Assembly: GCA_001799695.1 (NCBI GenBank)
Contig: MGTY01000132.1
Location: 1-53,910 of the forward strand
Length of the DNA stretch: 53,910 nt
Reading direction: 5' to 3'
Source: Elusimicrobia bacterium GWA2_69_24
Lineage (GTDB): Bacteria > Elusimicrobiota > Elusimicrobia > UBA1565
Part shown: piece by piece, positions 17,703-27,371 of the stretch
Layout of the letters: each line of letters opens with the position of its first letter
How positions within the stretch are numbered: the stretch's first letter is position 1
The notes under the pieces: generated by a model
Database searches by the model: none
What the model saw: only the letters and a program-made list of their open reading frames with translations
What the model was told of the DNA's origin: nothing
Position numbers and translations under genes: made by a program

Positions 17703-19135
17703 TCCGCCACCCCCCCCATCCGCCAGGTGCCGAGGTCATCGATGCGCTGCTTCAAGCTCTGCACCTCGGAGGTGTTCTTGTTCTGCTTCGCGGTCTCCAT
17801 CCGGCTCTCGAGCGCGTTCTTCTTGGCGAGGGCCTTGGCGGACAGTTCCACGTACCGCTGTTTCTGGGTCTCGAGCCCGGTGTTCGTCTCCTTGTACTCC
17901 TGCGATATCTGGGCATCCACCTTGGCCAAGGAGCGGTCCGTCTCCGAGAGCCCTCCGCGCACCTCCCCGAACAGGCTCTCCAGGTCCGTCATCTCTTCCT
18001 TGGCCGCCCGCACATACTCGTGGCGCTCGTCGGGGGCCTCCGGCGAGCTGGTCGGGACCTGGTTCGCGGCGCTCGTGCCCTCGGCCTGAGTCTTCTCTCC
18101 CTGCGCCAGGGTCTTCGCGGCGGCGGCGCCCTCGCCCTCGGCCTGGGACACCGGGTACGTGTAGCCGGGGTTCTTTTCCTGCGTCGGGATCGCAGCCTCG
18201 AACTTGTCGTTGAAAGTCCGGATCGTCGCCACGGTCTTCGTGAACGCCCCGACCTCGGTGCGCGCCTGTACATACGTTCCGGCGGCTCCGGCGTAGTCTT
18301 CTTTGGCCTGGTCCCGGTTATCCCGGGCCGTGATGGCCCTCTCGCGGGCATTCCCGTACATCGAGACCAGCTGGCCGGCCAGCGCGTCTCCGGCCCTGGC
18401 CATCCGGCCCCAGAAATCGACGGCCTGCCCGTAGCCCAGGATCTTGGCTTCCAGGCCGCGTTCCCCCGTGTTCGCGACCCCCGGTCCGATCCCGCGCCCC
18501 TCGCCAGCCCCCCCGGCGACGTCGCTCCCGTTCCCCTCACGGTCGCCCCCGGCAAGGGCCGCCATCGCTCCCTGCCCGGCCTGATCGAACCCCGAGGCCC
18601 CGGCATACGAACCGCGGCCGCGCCCGCCCGCCGCAGCGGCGGCGGCGACGCCGGCGGCATCGGACCGCTCGGCGGCGAAGGCGACGACGGAACCGGCCCG
18701 GCCCTCGGCGCCGCCGGCGGAATGGCTGCGCACCGCGTCGGAGTAGCGGCCGTTCCCGTCCACGAACTCACCCTGCGCGGCCTCCGCGCGGCTCAGCTCC
18801 GTGCCGGACCCCGTCCCGCGCCGGGCCGGCCTCCCTCCCCGAAGGAGAGCGGCCGCGCTCGTGCCGGGTCCCAAAGCCTCCTGGAACGCAGAGTTCGAGA
18901 CCCTGTCCCCAGGCCAGATCCTCAGGCTCCCTCGCGAGCCGGCCTCGCCCGAGTGCCTGCTGAAGAACAGGAAGGAGGCGGGAGCCAAGGTCAAAGACAG
19001 GATGGCAAGGATGGCGAGCGCCCACTCCCGGGCCTCCCGCTCCGCGGAGTTGCCCGACGCCGTCATCCGGCACACCCGGGGCCTTGCGGTCTGTAGTGTT
19101 TCGTTCATGCCCATAGGATGCATGAATCGCCGCAA
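17699..19135 (-). CDS. Hypothetical secreted or membrane-anchored protein with a Gly/Ala-rich region and a C-terminal coiled coil. The start is uncertain
   Basis: Several in-frame ATGs lie at 19135-19108. The hydrophobic segment is ALAILAILSLTLAPASFLFF. The ORF overlaps the downstream gene by 4 nt. Confidence 0.45.
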   Translation of the reverse strand: MRRFMHPMGMNETLQTARPRVCRMTASGNSAEREAREWALAILAILSLTLAPASFLFFSRHSGEAGSRGSLRIWPGDRVSNSAFQEALGPGTSAAALLRGGRPARRGTGSGTELSRAEAAQGEFVDGNGRYSDAVRSHSAGGAEGRAGSVVAFAAERSDAAGVAAAAAAGGRGRGSYAGASGFDQAGQGAMAALAGGDREGNGSDVAGGAGEGRGIGPGVANTGERGLEAKILGYGQAVDFWGRMARAGDALAGQLVSMYGNARERAITARDNRDQAKEDYAGAAGTYVQARTEVGAFTKTVATIRTFNDKFEAAIPTQEKNPGYTYPVSQAEGEGAAAAKTLAQGEKTQAEGTSAANQVPTSSPEAPDERHEYVRAAKEEMTDLESLFGEVRGGLSETDRSLAKVDAQISQEYKETNTGLETQKQRYVELSAKALAKKNALESRMETAKQNKNTSEVQSLKQRIDDLGTWRMGGVAE

Positions 19136-19259
19136 GGCCGCCCCTAAATCAATTCTTAATTTAGTTGCGCTTGTTTTATAAGCTCTTTTTGATGGGATTT
19201 GCCCGTATTAAGTCCGGCTTAAACACAATACCATTCACTCAAGGTCTCCTTCCCCCCTT

Positions 19260-19340
19260 GTGGGGGAAGGTCGGGATGGGGGGAAGGAATCATCCCGTCG
19301 AGACCCCCCACCTCAATCCTCCCCCGCAGGGGGGAGGAAG
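19260..19340 (-). terminator. Two GC hairpins (CCCCCttgtGGGGG and CCTCCCCCgcaGGGGGGAGG) just downstream of the GH13 gene, followed by an AT-rich promoter-like tract
   Basis: Read directly from the sequence. No U-tract. Confidence 0.3.
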
Positions 19341-19373
19341 TACGGACAACGGTTTAAGTGAACGGCAATGTGC

Positions 19374-20810
19374 TTAAACGGGTGCTTCCAGGACCGCGTA
19401 CCCGAAAGGTTCGAGCTCCAGGGAGAGCCCGCCCTCAGGGCTCAACGGGTGTTCATTGGAGGCGATGAGTTCCCGGAAAGACCCGGCAACACGGTCCAGC
19501 TGGACGCACTGAGTCCCGGCAGCCCGATTGAGCAGGAAGAGCAGTTCGCCCGAACCGTCCCAGCGCCGGCATGCGATGAGGTCCTTCGTCCCAGGGATGT
19601 CCAGGAGTTCGAACTCTCCATCCGCCAGCGCCGGCCGCGTCCGCCGCAGGCGGATCAGCTTGCGGTACAGGTCGAGCAGGCCCCGGTCCCAGCGCCCCTC
19701 GTCCCACGGCATCCCCTGCCGGGCGCCGTGATTGAACAAGCCCTCCAGCCCCACCTCTTCCCCGTAGTACACGTTGGGCGCCCCGGGGAATGCCATGGTG
19801 AAGACGAGCCCCAGCCGCAGCAGGCGCTCGTCCCCGCCGTAGGCGTCGCGCATCCGGTCGGTGTCGTGCGAAGTCATGATGTTCATCTGGGAGAGCGCCA
19901 CGGAAAGCGGGTACAGGTCCAGGATCCTGCGGATCTCCCCCCTGAACGCGGCCTCGCCCAGCGGAGCCAGGGCGCGCCCGCCATAAGAGATGGAGACTCG
20001 CATCTTCTCCCCCGCGAAATAGCCCATGACCGCGGCCGGCAGGAGGTAGTTCATCACCCCGTCGAACATGTCGCCGCGGAGCCAGCGCCGGGCGTCCGTC
20101 CAGATCTCCCCGACCAGGTAGCAGTCGGGGTTGACCCCTTTGCAGATGCGCCGGAACTCCCGCCAGAACGCGTCGTCGTCGATCTCGGTGGGGACGTCCA
20201 GCCGCCAGCCGTCGATGCCGAACTCCAGCCAGCGCCGGGCCACGTCGAAAATGAAGCGCCGCACCTCCGGGTGGGCGGTGTTGAACTTGGGCAGGGCCGG
20301 CAGGCCCCACCAGCAGCCGTAGTTGGGCTCCTCGCCGGGGGCCAGGTTGTAGGCCTTGAGCGGGAAGCTGCCGGCGTGGAACCAGTCCCGGTAGGGGGAC
20401 GCCGCGCCGTTCTCCAGGAGATGGTTGAACTGGAAGAAGCCCCGGCTGCAGTGGTTGAAGACCCCGTCGAGGACTACGCGCAGGCCCCGGGCGTGCGCCG
20501 CGTGGAGCAGGGATTTGAGCGCCGCGTCGCCGCCCAGGATGGGATCCACTTCGAGATAGTCGAAGGTGTGGTAGCGGTGGTTGGCGGTCGACTTGAAGAC
20601 CGGGGTGAAGTAGATCGCGTTCACGCCCAGGTCCGCGAGGTGGTCCAGACGGTCCTCCACCCCCGGCAGGTCCCCCCCCTTGAAGCCGTGCGGCGTTTCC
20701 GGAGCGTCCCACTCCTCGAACTCACCGCCCGAGCGCACCCGCCCGCTGCGGCGGAAGCGGTCGGGGAATATCTGATAGAAGACGGTGCGGCGGACCCAAT
20801 CGTGTCCCAT
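19374..20810 (-). CDS. Glycoside hydrolase family 13 enzyme (alpha-amylase superfamily, cyclomaltodextrinase/neopullulanase-like)
   Basis: Conserved GH13 blocks are DGVFNH, GWRLDV, GEIW and MTSHD. Confidence 0.85.
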   Translation of the reverse strand: MGHDWVRRTVFYQIFPDRFRRSGRVRSGGEFEEWDAPETPHGFKGGDLPGVEDRLDHLADLGVNAIYFTPVFKSTANHRYHTFDYLEVDPILGGDAALKSLLHAAHARGLRVVLDGVFNHCSRGFFQFNHLLENGAASPYRDWFHAGSFPLKAYNLAPGEEPNYGCWWGLPALPKFNTAHPEVRRFIFDVARRWLEFGIDGWRLDVPTEIDDDAFWREFRRICKGVNPDCYLVGEIWTDARRWLRGDMFDGVMNYLLPAAVMGYFAGEKMRVSISYGGRALAPLGEAAFRGEIRRILDLYPLSVALSQMNIMTSHDTDRMRDAYGGDERLLRLGLVFTMAFPGAPNVYYGEEVGLEGLFNHGARQGMPWDEGRWDRGLLDLYRKLIRLRRTRPALADGEFELLDIPGTKDLIACRRWDGSGELLFLLNRAAGTQCVQLDRVAGSFRELIASNEHPLSPEGGLSLELEPFGYAVLEAPV

Positions 20811-20817
20811 GGCTCCC

Positions 20818-22014
20818 TCAGGACTTGAAGACGGACTCGGAGACGCGGCCGCGCAGGCCGCGCCAGCAGCAGCGGTTGCGCCCCCCCCGCTTGCAGCGCA
20901 GGAGCAGGTCGTCGGCCGCCTTGAGGAGTTCGTCGGTGCTCGGGCGCAGCCCTTTCGGCCGCAGGGACACGGTGGCCACGCCCGCGCTGAAGCGCAGGGT
21001 CTCCGACCCCAGGCCGAGGTCGGTCTCCCGGAGACGCCGGTGGACGCGGCGGAAGATGTTGAGCACCGCCGAGGCGGGAGCGTCCGGGAACAGGACCACG
21101 AACTCCTCGCCCCCGAAGCGGCAGACGACGTCCGAGTCCCGCACGGTCGCCTGGACCGCCTGGGAGAACTGCCGCAGGACCCGGTCGCCCATGGCGTGCC
21201 CGTACTGGTCGTTGAAGCGCTTGAAGTGATCGAGGTCGATCATGCCGACCGACAGCGTCATCCCGCTGCGGCGGCGGCCGCCCTCGTCGAGCAGTTCGGC
21301 CATCCGCCGGGCCAGCACCGAACGCAGGTAGAAGCCCGTGAGCACGTCCCGCTCCGAAAGGTACTTCACCCGCCGGAAATCCCGGGTATGCAGGATGCGG
21401 TAGCGGAGCAGGTTCTCGAACGGCCGCATCCGCCGGGCGAAGGTGTCCCGGGTATGGCGCTTGGTGGTCCTAAATGACATGTGCAGCTTGGCCAGGAGCT
21501 TGGAGTTCTCCGGGTGGAGGACCACCCAGTTGAGCCAGGCCTTGGTGCGCTGCTCCCGGGCCACCGCCCGCTCCCGCGCGGAAAGTTCGGCCGGGACGTC
21601 GTTGACCAGGCGGGGGCTCTTGGAAACCAGGCACTCGAGCAGGCTCTGTTCGACGAGGCTGGTCTGCAGGATGCGCTGCCGCTTCTCGGTGCTGTAGCCG
21701 ATGAAGATCTGCTCCTCGACCAGCCCCCGCAGGAACTTGGTCTGCCGCCGCGCCGCGTCTTGCAGTTCGGACGCCAGCGGCATCCGGCCGCGCGGGTTCC
21801 AGCCGAAGCGCGCGAAGAGCTCGCGCTCGTCGTAGTCGGTCAGGATCGTGATGTCGCCCTTGTAGGCGCCGAAGAAGCGGAAGAAGTGCCGGAACATGTC
21901 CGTGCCGACCTCCCGGAGGTCGTTGGAGCGGATGGAGCGGTCGAAGAGGGCGGCCCGGGACCGGTAATCGCGCAGCTCCCGTTCCAGGCGCCGGACCTTG
22001 TCCTGGAGGTTCAC
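20818..22014 (-). CDS. GGDEF-domain diguanylate cyclase with an N-terminal uncharacterised domain (GTG start)
   Basis: Contains the RFGGEEFVV active-site motif. The start overlaps the upstream stop as GTGA. Confidence 0.85.
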   Translation of the reverse strand: MNLQDKVRRLERELRDYRSRAALFDRSIRSNDLREVGTDMFRHFFRFFGAYKGDITILTDYDERELFARFGWNPRGRMPLASELQDAARRQTKFLRGLVEEQIFIGYSTEKRQRILQTSLVEQSLLECLVSKSPRLVNDVPAELSARERAVAREQRTKAWLNWVVLHPENSKLLAKLHMSFRTTKRHTRDTFARRMRPFENLLRYRILHTRDFRRVKYLSERDVLTGFYLRSVLARRMAELLDEGGRRRSGMTLSVGMIDLDHFKRFNDQYGHAMGDRVLRQFSQAVQATVRDSDVVCRFGGEEFVVLFPDAPASAVLNIFRRVHRRLRETDLGLGSETLRFSAGVATVSLRPKGLRPSTDELLKAADDLLLRCKRGGRNRCCWRGLRGRVSESVFKS

Positions 22015-22784
22015 GGCTTCCTCCGGGTGTCCATGAACTCCGCGCCGTAGGTTTGCTCGAGGCGGGCCAGGCCGGCCCGGCAGTCGTCGTTCGCCTCATC
22101 CAAAGACAGGCAGAGATACCACTCGTCGCGCGCCTTGGCGTAGTCCCCTTTCTGGAATAACATCAATCCCGCCGCCCAGTGGCCGTAGGCCGAGCGCTTG
22201 GACGACTCCGATACGGCCGGAACGGTGAGCTGGACCGGGCCCGGCGCGGCGGGCGCCATCGTCCCCGCCGTCGGCCCCGCCCGGGACCTTCCCGCCATGG
22301 CCGCCCTCTCCGCGGAAGGTGGAACGGCGCGCTCCGAGGACGGCGACCCCTGGGTCGCCGCCAGCTTGGCGCCCGCCAAGCACTGCCGGTTGCCGGGGTC
22401 CTGGCCCAGGCAGCGCGCGAAGCTCTCCCGCGCCCCGGCGTAGTCCCCGGCCTCGATCTGCTTCACCCCGGCCTGCGCGTCGGCGTCGCCCCCGGCGAGG
22501 ACCGCGCCGGTGTAGCGCGTGCCCGGCATGTTGGACCCGAGCCCCTTGGCCTCGATCAGCTTGAGCCCGGCCCGGCAGTCCGCGTTCGCCGGGTCCCGCT
22601 CCAGGCAGCGGCGCCAGAGCGGCACCGCTTCCTCCGGACGGCCCGCGTTCACCTCTTCCACGCCCAAAGACCATAGGCCCTTGGCCTCGGGGAGCTCGGA
22701 GACGGCCTGGGGCGGGGCCTTCTTCCCGCAGGCCGCGCAGAGTCCCGCCGCCGCGACGAGCCGGAGGAGCCGGGCTCGGGTCAT
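22011..22784 (-). CDS. TPR-like repeat lipoprotein
   Basis: MTRARLLRLVAAAGLCAACG lipobox, followed by repeated DPxNxxCxAGL helical hairpins. The start was taken at internal M of track ORF 22011..23621. Confidence 0.6.
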   Translation of the reverse strand: MTRARLLRLVAAAGLCAACGKKAPPQAVSELPEAKGLWSLGVEEVNAGRPEEAVPLWRRCLERDPANADCRAGLKLIEAKGLGSNMPGTRYTGAVLAGGDADAQAGVKQIEAGDYAGARESFARCLGQDPGNRQCLAGAKLAATQGSPSSERAVPPSAERAAMAGRSRAGPTAGTMAPAAPGPVQLTVPAVSESSKRSAYGHWAAGLMLFQKGDYAKARDEWYLCLSLDEANDDCRAGLARLEQTYGAEFMDTRRKP

Positions 22785-23824
22785 TTCGGACCCCGCGTGG
22801 CTTCCTTGATCTGCTGGAACTGCACCAGGAAATCCCAGGCGCGGTCGTGACCCTTCTTGGCCGCGGCGAGCATGTGGGCCTTCCCTTCGTCGAAGCGGAC
22901 CGCGGCCTCCGCCTTCCGGCCGGATTCCAGATCGCGGGCCGCCTCGGCGAAAAGGACCCGCCCCAGGCGGAATTCGGCCTCGGCATCGCCCTTCTCGGCG
23001 CGCTCGCGGGAGATGGTCTCGGCCTCCGGGTAGCGGCCCGCCGCGAAAGCGGCGTCGAAATCGTCCCAATACCCCTTGGGCGGCGGCGGCGGCTTGCCGA
23101 AGACGGAGGTGGCGAGCGTCTCGTCCACCGTGGCGCGCAGAGACGGCGCCGTATCCGCGGAGTCGAACCGGACGCTGACCCAGACCCAGCTCACCAGGGC
23201 TGCGGTGATGAAGGACCAGGCGAGGACCTGGAAGCGCTCGTACGGAAACCGCACCCAGAGGCGCTCCCCTTTCACCCGGTACAGGAAGAGGTCGTATTCC
23301 CCGAAGGTCCCCGCGCACATGGCGACGAAGAGATGCTCCAGTACGCCCCAGTGGAGCAGGAACTTGAGCGGACCCCAATGCAGGAGCACCGCGATCCAGA
23401 CGGGCCAGGTGATGCCGGCGCCCTCGAAATGGGACAGGACGGCCCGGAGACCAAGGAAGACCGCTACCAAAAGCGAGGCCTTGAGCAGCATCCCGCGGGC
23501 CAGGTACCACAAAGGCCCGAACAGGAACGGCAGGAGGCTGAAATGCTCGGGCTTGCATTTCCCCAGCATATACTCTTCCCACAGATGCCAGCGCGAACCC
23601 GGGATCGGCTTGGTGTCGCACAGGATGTTCGCGCTCCGGAGCTTGTTCTGCATCCGCTCCAGCCGCCCGCTCCCCGCGGGGGCTTCCAGCAGGAACGCGT
23701 CCCCGTCTATGGCCTGGGAATCCCGGAGAACCTCCCGGGCCAGTTCCGGGGTGCGCTCCATCCAGTTGCCTGGGGGATATATGTAGAGTCGATCAGCGCT
23801 CATGCGCGGGGCGTCTCGGTGCAT
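22781..23824 (-). CDS. DUF2628-like membrane protein with a C-terminal helical/TPR-like region. The start is uncertain (23824 or 23803)
   Basis: FSLLPFLFGPLWYLARGMLLKASLLVAVFLG resembles the DUF2628 core. An upstream start would collide with the divergent gene. Confidence 0.45.
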   Translation of the reverse strand: MHRDAPRMSADRLYIYPPGNWMERTPELAREVLRDSQAIDGDAFLLEAPAGSGRLERMQNKLRSANILCDTKPIPGSRWHLWEEYMLGKCKPEHFSLLPFLFGPLWYLARGMLLKASLLVAVFLGLRAVLSHFEGAGITWPVWIAVLLHWGPLKFLLHWGVLEHLFVAMCAGTFGEYDLFLYRVKGERLWVRFPYERFQVLAWSFITAALVSWVWVSVRFDSADTAPSLRATVDETLATSVFGKPPPPPKGYWDDFDAAFAAGRYPEAETISRERAEKGDAEAEFRLGRVLFAEAARDLESGRKAEAAVRFDEGKAHMLAAAKKGHDRAWDFLVQFQQIKEATRGPK

Positions 23825-23897
23825 GGTATGATAGCCCTTCCACGGGCACCCTTTCCATAGGAACGGCGCGAAAGGCTCCGGCATTCGGTAGAATGGC

Positions 23898-25052
23898 ATG
23901 GCCATGAGGTTCATACACACCGCGGACGTGCACCTGTCCGCCGACGCGCCGCACCGGCTGGAGGTCTTCCGGGAGATCTGCGCCCTCGCGGCGGACTGCG
24001 ACGCCCTGGTCGTCGCCGGGGACCTCTTCCACTCCGGGAAGGTCCTGCGGGACCGCAAGCTCCTGGCGGACCTGCGCGAAGCCCTGGCCGGGACCGCCGG
24101 GAAGCCGGTCCTCCTCATCGCCGGCAACCATGAGCACCTGCGCTCGGTCGGCGCGGCAGCGACGCCGCCCTGCGCCGCCGACCCCTTCGCCGGACTGGAA
24201 CTCGGCGGGCACGTGTTCGCCTGCGGCGCCGGCCCCGCGGACCGCGAGGTCGGCGGCGTGCGCTTCCGCCTCGTCCCGTTCCAGCGGCAGGGCCTCCCCG
24301 CCCAAGGGCTCCGCCCGGCCGCCGCGGAAGACCTGCCCCGGGTCGCGGTCCTCCATGGGACCGCAATCGACCGGCCGGGGCTGACGATGGCGGCGCTGGA
24401 CTCGGGCGACGACGAGGACAGCGGCGACTGTCTTCTGCGCGACGCGGACCTGGCCCCCTTCCGCTACGCCGCCCTGGGGCACATCCACCGCCGCGACCAG
24501 TGGTCCCCCGGCCCGGGCTGCGTCGCCTCCTATCCCGGCTCTCCCGACATGGTCAGCAGCGACGAGACCGAGGAGCGGACGGTCAACCGCGTCACCCTCG
24601 ACGGGACCGGAGCGGCGACGGTCGAACGCGTCCCCCTGCGGGCCGCGCACCGGGCGCTGCCGCTGCATATCCTGCTCCTGCCCGGACTCGCGCGCCAAGC
24701 CGAAGAGCGCGCCCGGCTCCGCGTCGCCCAGGCCCCCCCCGGCCAGGTCCCGGTCCTGCGCATCACCGGCTTCGCGCCCCGGGCGGAGGCGGCGGGCCTC
24801 TGCGCCAGCCTGGAGTCGGCCTTCCGCTCCCGCGCGCCCCGCCCCATCGTAAAGAACCGGGTCCGGGACTCCGGAGAACTGGAGGTCGGCGCGGGGTCCC
24901 TGGTGGGAGAGCTCTTCGCGAAGCTCGGGGCTCTGGAGGAGCGCGATCCCGTGCTCGCCGGCCGGGCCGCGCACCTCGCCTTGCTGGCCATGTCCGGGGA
25001 GAACATCCCCGCGGAACTCGCGGCGGAGGACGCGGATGCTCCGGCTGACTGA
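23898..25052 (+). CDS. sbcD: SbcD/Mre11-family calcineurin-like phosphoesterase (YhaO-like)
   Basis: MRFIHTADVHL, AGDLFH, AGNHEH and GHIH phosphoesterase motifs. An alternative start lies at 23904. Confidence 0.8.
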   Translation: MAMRFIHTADVHLSADAPHRLEVFREICALAADCDALVVAGDLFHSGKVLRDRKLLADLREALAGTAGKPVLLIAGNHEHLRSVGAAATPPCAADPFAGLELGGHVFACGAGPADREVGGVRFRLVPFQRQGLPAQGLRPAAAEDLPRVAVLHGTAIDRPGLTMAALDSGDDEDSGDCLLRDADLAPFRYAALGHIHRRDQWSPGPGCVASYPGSPDMVSSDETEERTVNRVTLDGTGAATVERVPLRAAHRALPLHILLLPGLARQAEERARLRVAQAPPGQVPVLRITGFAPRAEAAGLCASLESAFRSRAPRPIVKNRVRDSGELEVGAGSLVGELFAKLGALEERDPVLAGRAAHLALLAMSGENIPAELAAEDADAPAD

Positions 25053-27297
25053 GCTCTCCGTCGTCAATTTCGCAGCGCTGGGGACCCGTTCCCTGAGCTT
25101 CGCCGGGCGCTCGACGGTGGTCTGCGGGGCCAACGAGGCCGGCAAGACCACCCTTTCCGATGCCCTGCTCTGCGCCCTCTTCGGGAAGCCCTCCGGGAAC
25201 ACCAAGGAAGGGCAAGTCCACCTCACCCGCTACGGCGCCTCCGGCCAGTCCCGGGCGGTCTGCGACGTCGACGGCCGCAGGGTGGAGAGCGATAGCGACC
25301 GCCCGTGCGGAGCGGAGCATCTGGATGAAGCCCTGTTCCGGGAGCTCCTCTGCTCCCAGCGGGGCATGCTGGACTTCCGCCTGGGTGATCCCGAGCTGAA
25401 CGCGGCCCTGTCTTCGGCGGCCCTGGGGGCGGGCCGGGTCAGCATGGAGCGGGCGAAGGCGGAGCTGGCGAAGGTCTTCGACACCCGCAAGAACTATGCC
25501 TGGATGAAGCTGCTGGAAAAAGCGCGGGAAGCGGAGAACGCCGCGGAAGCCAGGCTCGCGGCCGCCCTGGGCCTGCGGGGCGACTCCGCCGCGTTCCAGG
25601 AATCTCAGGCGCAGGAAAGCGCCCTGGCCCGCGAGGTCGCGGAACTCGAAGCCGCCGCGGCCCGGGTCCGCGAGGCGCGGCAGGCGGCGGAAGCGGAGGA
25701 GCTCCGCGACCTGAAAGCCCGGAACCGGACCCTCGCGGAGAAGGAACAGCTCCGTTCCGGCGCCGGGCTCCCCGATATGCAGACCCTGGCGGAGCGGGAG
25801 CGGAACATCGCGTCGCTGCGCAGCCGCGAGACGGCGCTCGAGCGGGAGCGGTCCCTGCAGGCGCAGGCCGCCCGGGACGCCGAGGCCGAGGCCGATGCGG
25901 CGGAACGCAAGCTGGCGGGCCTCGCGGAGACCGCCCGGCTCGACGCCCTGGATGCGGCCCTACGGCGCAGCGAAGCCGCCGCGCTCGCCGCCGGAGCGGC
26001 CGGGAATTCGGGCCGGGCCCCGGCCTGGGTCGCGCTCCTGGCCGCGGGCGCGGCTGCCCTGGTCTTCGGCGCCCCGGCCTGGAAGCTCGGCGGAATGGCC
26101 GCCGGCCTGGCCGCCGCCCTGGCGGCCGGCGCCCTGGCCTGGTTCTTCGCCGCCCGTCAGGGCGGCGACGCCGGGCCTGCGGCGGCGGACGCCCTCCGGG
26201 AGGCGTCGGCGGCGCTGGAAGCCGCCCTGCGCGCCGCCGGCTGGGGCGCCACGGCGCCGGAGGAGGCGGGCCGGCGCTGCGCCCAAGAGCGGGAGGAACG
26301 CGCCCGGGCGGAGACGGCCCGGGACAACGCCCGCGCCCGGGCCTTGGCCAGCCGCGAGAAGGCGCGCGGGGCCGAGGCCGAGCTGGAGAAGGCCCGGCGG
26401 GAGAGGACGGCCGCGGAGGACGGGCTGACCGAGGCGCTCCGCGCCTGGAACGTCAACGATCGCGCCGGGGCCGAGCGCTGGCTCGCCGCTTGGGAAGGAG
26501 TCGTGGCGGAACGCAAGACTTGGGAAGCGGCCGCGCGCACCCGCCTTCCCGCCGCGGAAGACCTCCATGCGGCTCTGGACCGGCGCCTGCTCGAACTGGA
26601 GGGCGCCCGCGTGCCCGCGGACTTGTCGGGAGTGGGCCCCGCGGATCTGGAGAAGCGGGATACGACCCTGTCCAGGGATCTCGAGGGGAAGCGGGCCCGG
26701 CTGGATGTCCTAAGGCGCGAGTCGTCGGCCCTGGCCCAGCGCCTCGCCCTGAAAGAGGCCTCGCTCGGAGGGACCGCCGAGGCGCTGTTGGCCGCCGCCC
26801 GCAAGGCCCAGGCGGACTTCCGGCGCATCGTCGGCTGGCGCGACGCCGCGCAGGAAGCTCACCGGGTCCTGGAGGAACTCAGCGCCGGCACCGCGGCGCG
26901 CATGGAGGAGCTCTTTGCGGCCGCCTCGCCCATGTTCCAGGAGCTCACCGGAGGACGCTACGCCGGGGTCCGCCGGAGCGCGGGTCCCGGCGAACCCCAG
27001 CTCAAGGCGGTCCATGCCGCGGCCGGGGAGCGGCCCCTGGAATGGCTCTCCTCGGGCGCCGGCGACGCCCTTTGGCTGTCGGTGCGGCTCACGCTGGCGC
27101 GCCGGGCGATGCCGGACGGCGGCCTCATCCTCCTGGACGAACCCTTCCATTCTCTGGACCCCGTTCGCGCCGGGAAAGCGCTGCAGATCCTGCTCCGCTC
27201 CGAAGGATTGAAGGGGTTCCAGGTCATCGTCCTCACCAAGGATGACCGGCTCGCGGACCTGGCCGCGCAGGCCGGCGCCCTGCGGCTGTCGCTCTGA
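25036..27297 (+). CDS. sbcC: SbcC/Rad50-like SMC-family ATPase (YhaN-like). It has no CxxC zinc hook, and a predicted TM hairpin sits in the middle of the coiled coil
   Basis: Walker A GANEAGKTT. The C-terminal signature is LSSGAGD. The Walker B/D-loop is LILLDEPFHSLD. The central hydrophobic segments are WVALLAAGAAALVFGAPAW and MAAGLAAALAAGALAWFFAA. Confidence 0.7.
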   Translation: MLRLTELSVVNFAALGTRSLSFAGRSTVVCGANEAGKTTLSDALLCALFGKPSGNTKEGQVHLTRYGASGQSRAVCDVDGRRVESDSDRPCGAEHLDEALFRELLCSQRGMLDFRLGDPELNAALSSAALGAGRVSMERAKAELAKVFDTRKNYAWMKLLEKAREAENAAEARLAAALGLRGDSAAFQESQAQESALAREVAELEAAAARVREARQAAEAEELRDLKARNRTLAEKEQLRSGAGLPDMQTLAERERNIASLRSRETALERERSLQAQAARDAEAEADAAERKLAGLAETARLDALDAALRRSEAAALAAGAAGNSGRAPAWVALLAAGAAALVFGAPAWKLGGMAAGLAAALAAGALAWFFAARQGGDAGPAAADALREASAALEAALRAAGWGATAPEEAGRRCAQEREERARAETARDNARARALASREKARGAEAELEKARRERTAAEDGLTEALRAWNVNDRAGAERWLAAWEGVVAERKTWEAAARTRLPAAEDLHAALDRRLLELEGARVPADLSGVGPADLEKRDTTLSRDLEGKRARLDVLRRESSALAQRLALKEASLGGTAEALLAAARKAQADFRRIVGWRDAAQEAHRVLEELSAGTAARMEELFAAASPMFQELTGGRYAGVRRSAGPGEPQLKAVHAAAGERPLEWLSSGAGDALWLSVRLTLARRAMPDGGLILLDEPFHSLDPVRAGKALQILLRSEGLKGFQVIVLTKDDRLADLAAQAGALRLSL

Positions 27298-27371
27298 GGG
27301 CCCTCAGCATGGGGGTTCACAGGTCCCTTGACTCCTCCTTGATGTAAACTTACCCTAGTAACATCGGTACT

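Noticed and set aside
23898-27297. Possibility that the SbcCD-like pair is a defence system (for example Lamassu- or Gabija-like)
   Set aside because: No effector nuclease, OLD or other defence-specific domain is visible. The phosphoesterase has canonical Mre11/SbcD motifs, so it is called a YhaO/YhaN-like repair pair with an unusual TM insert.
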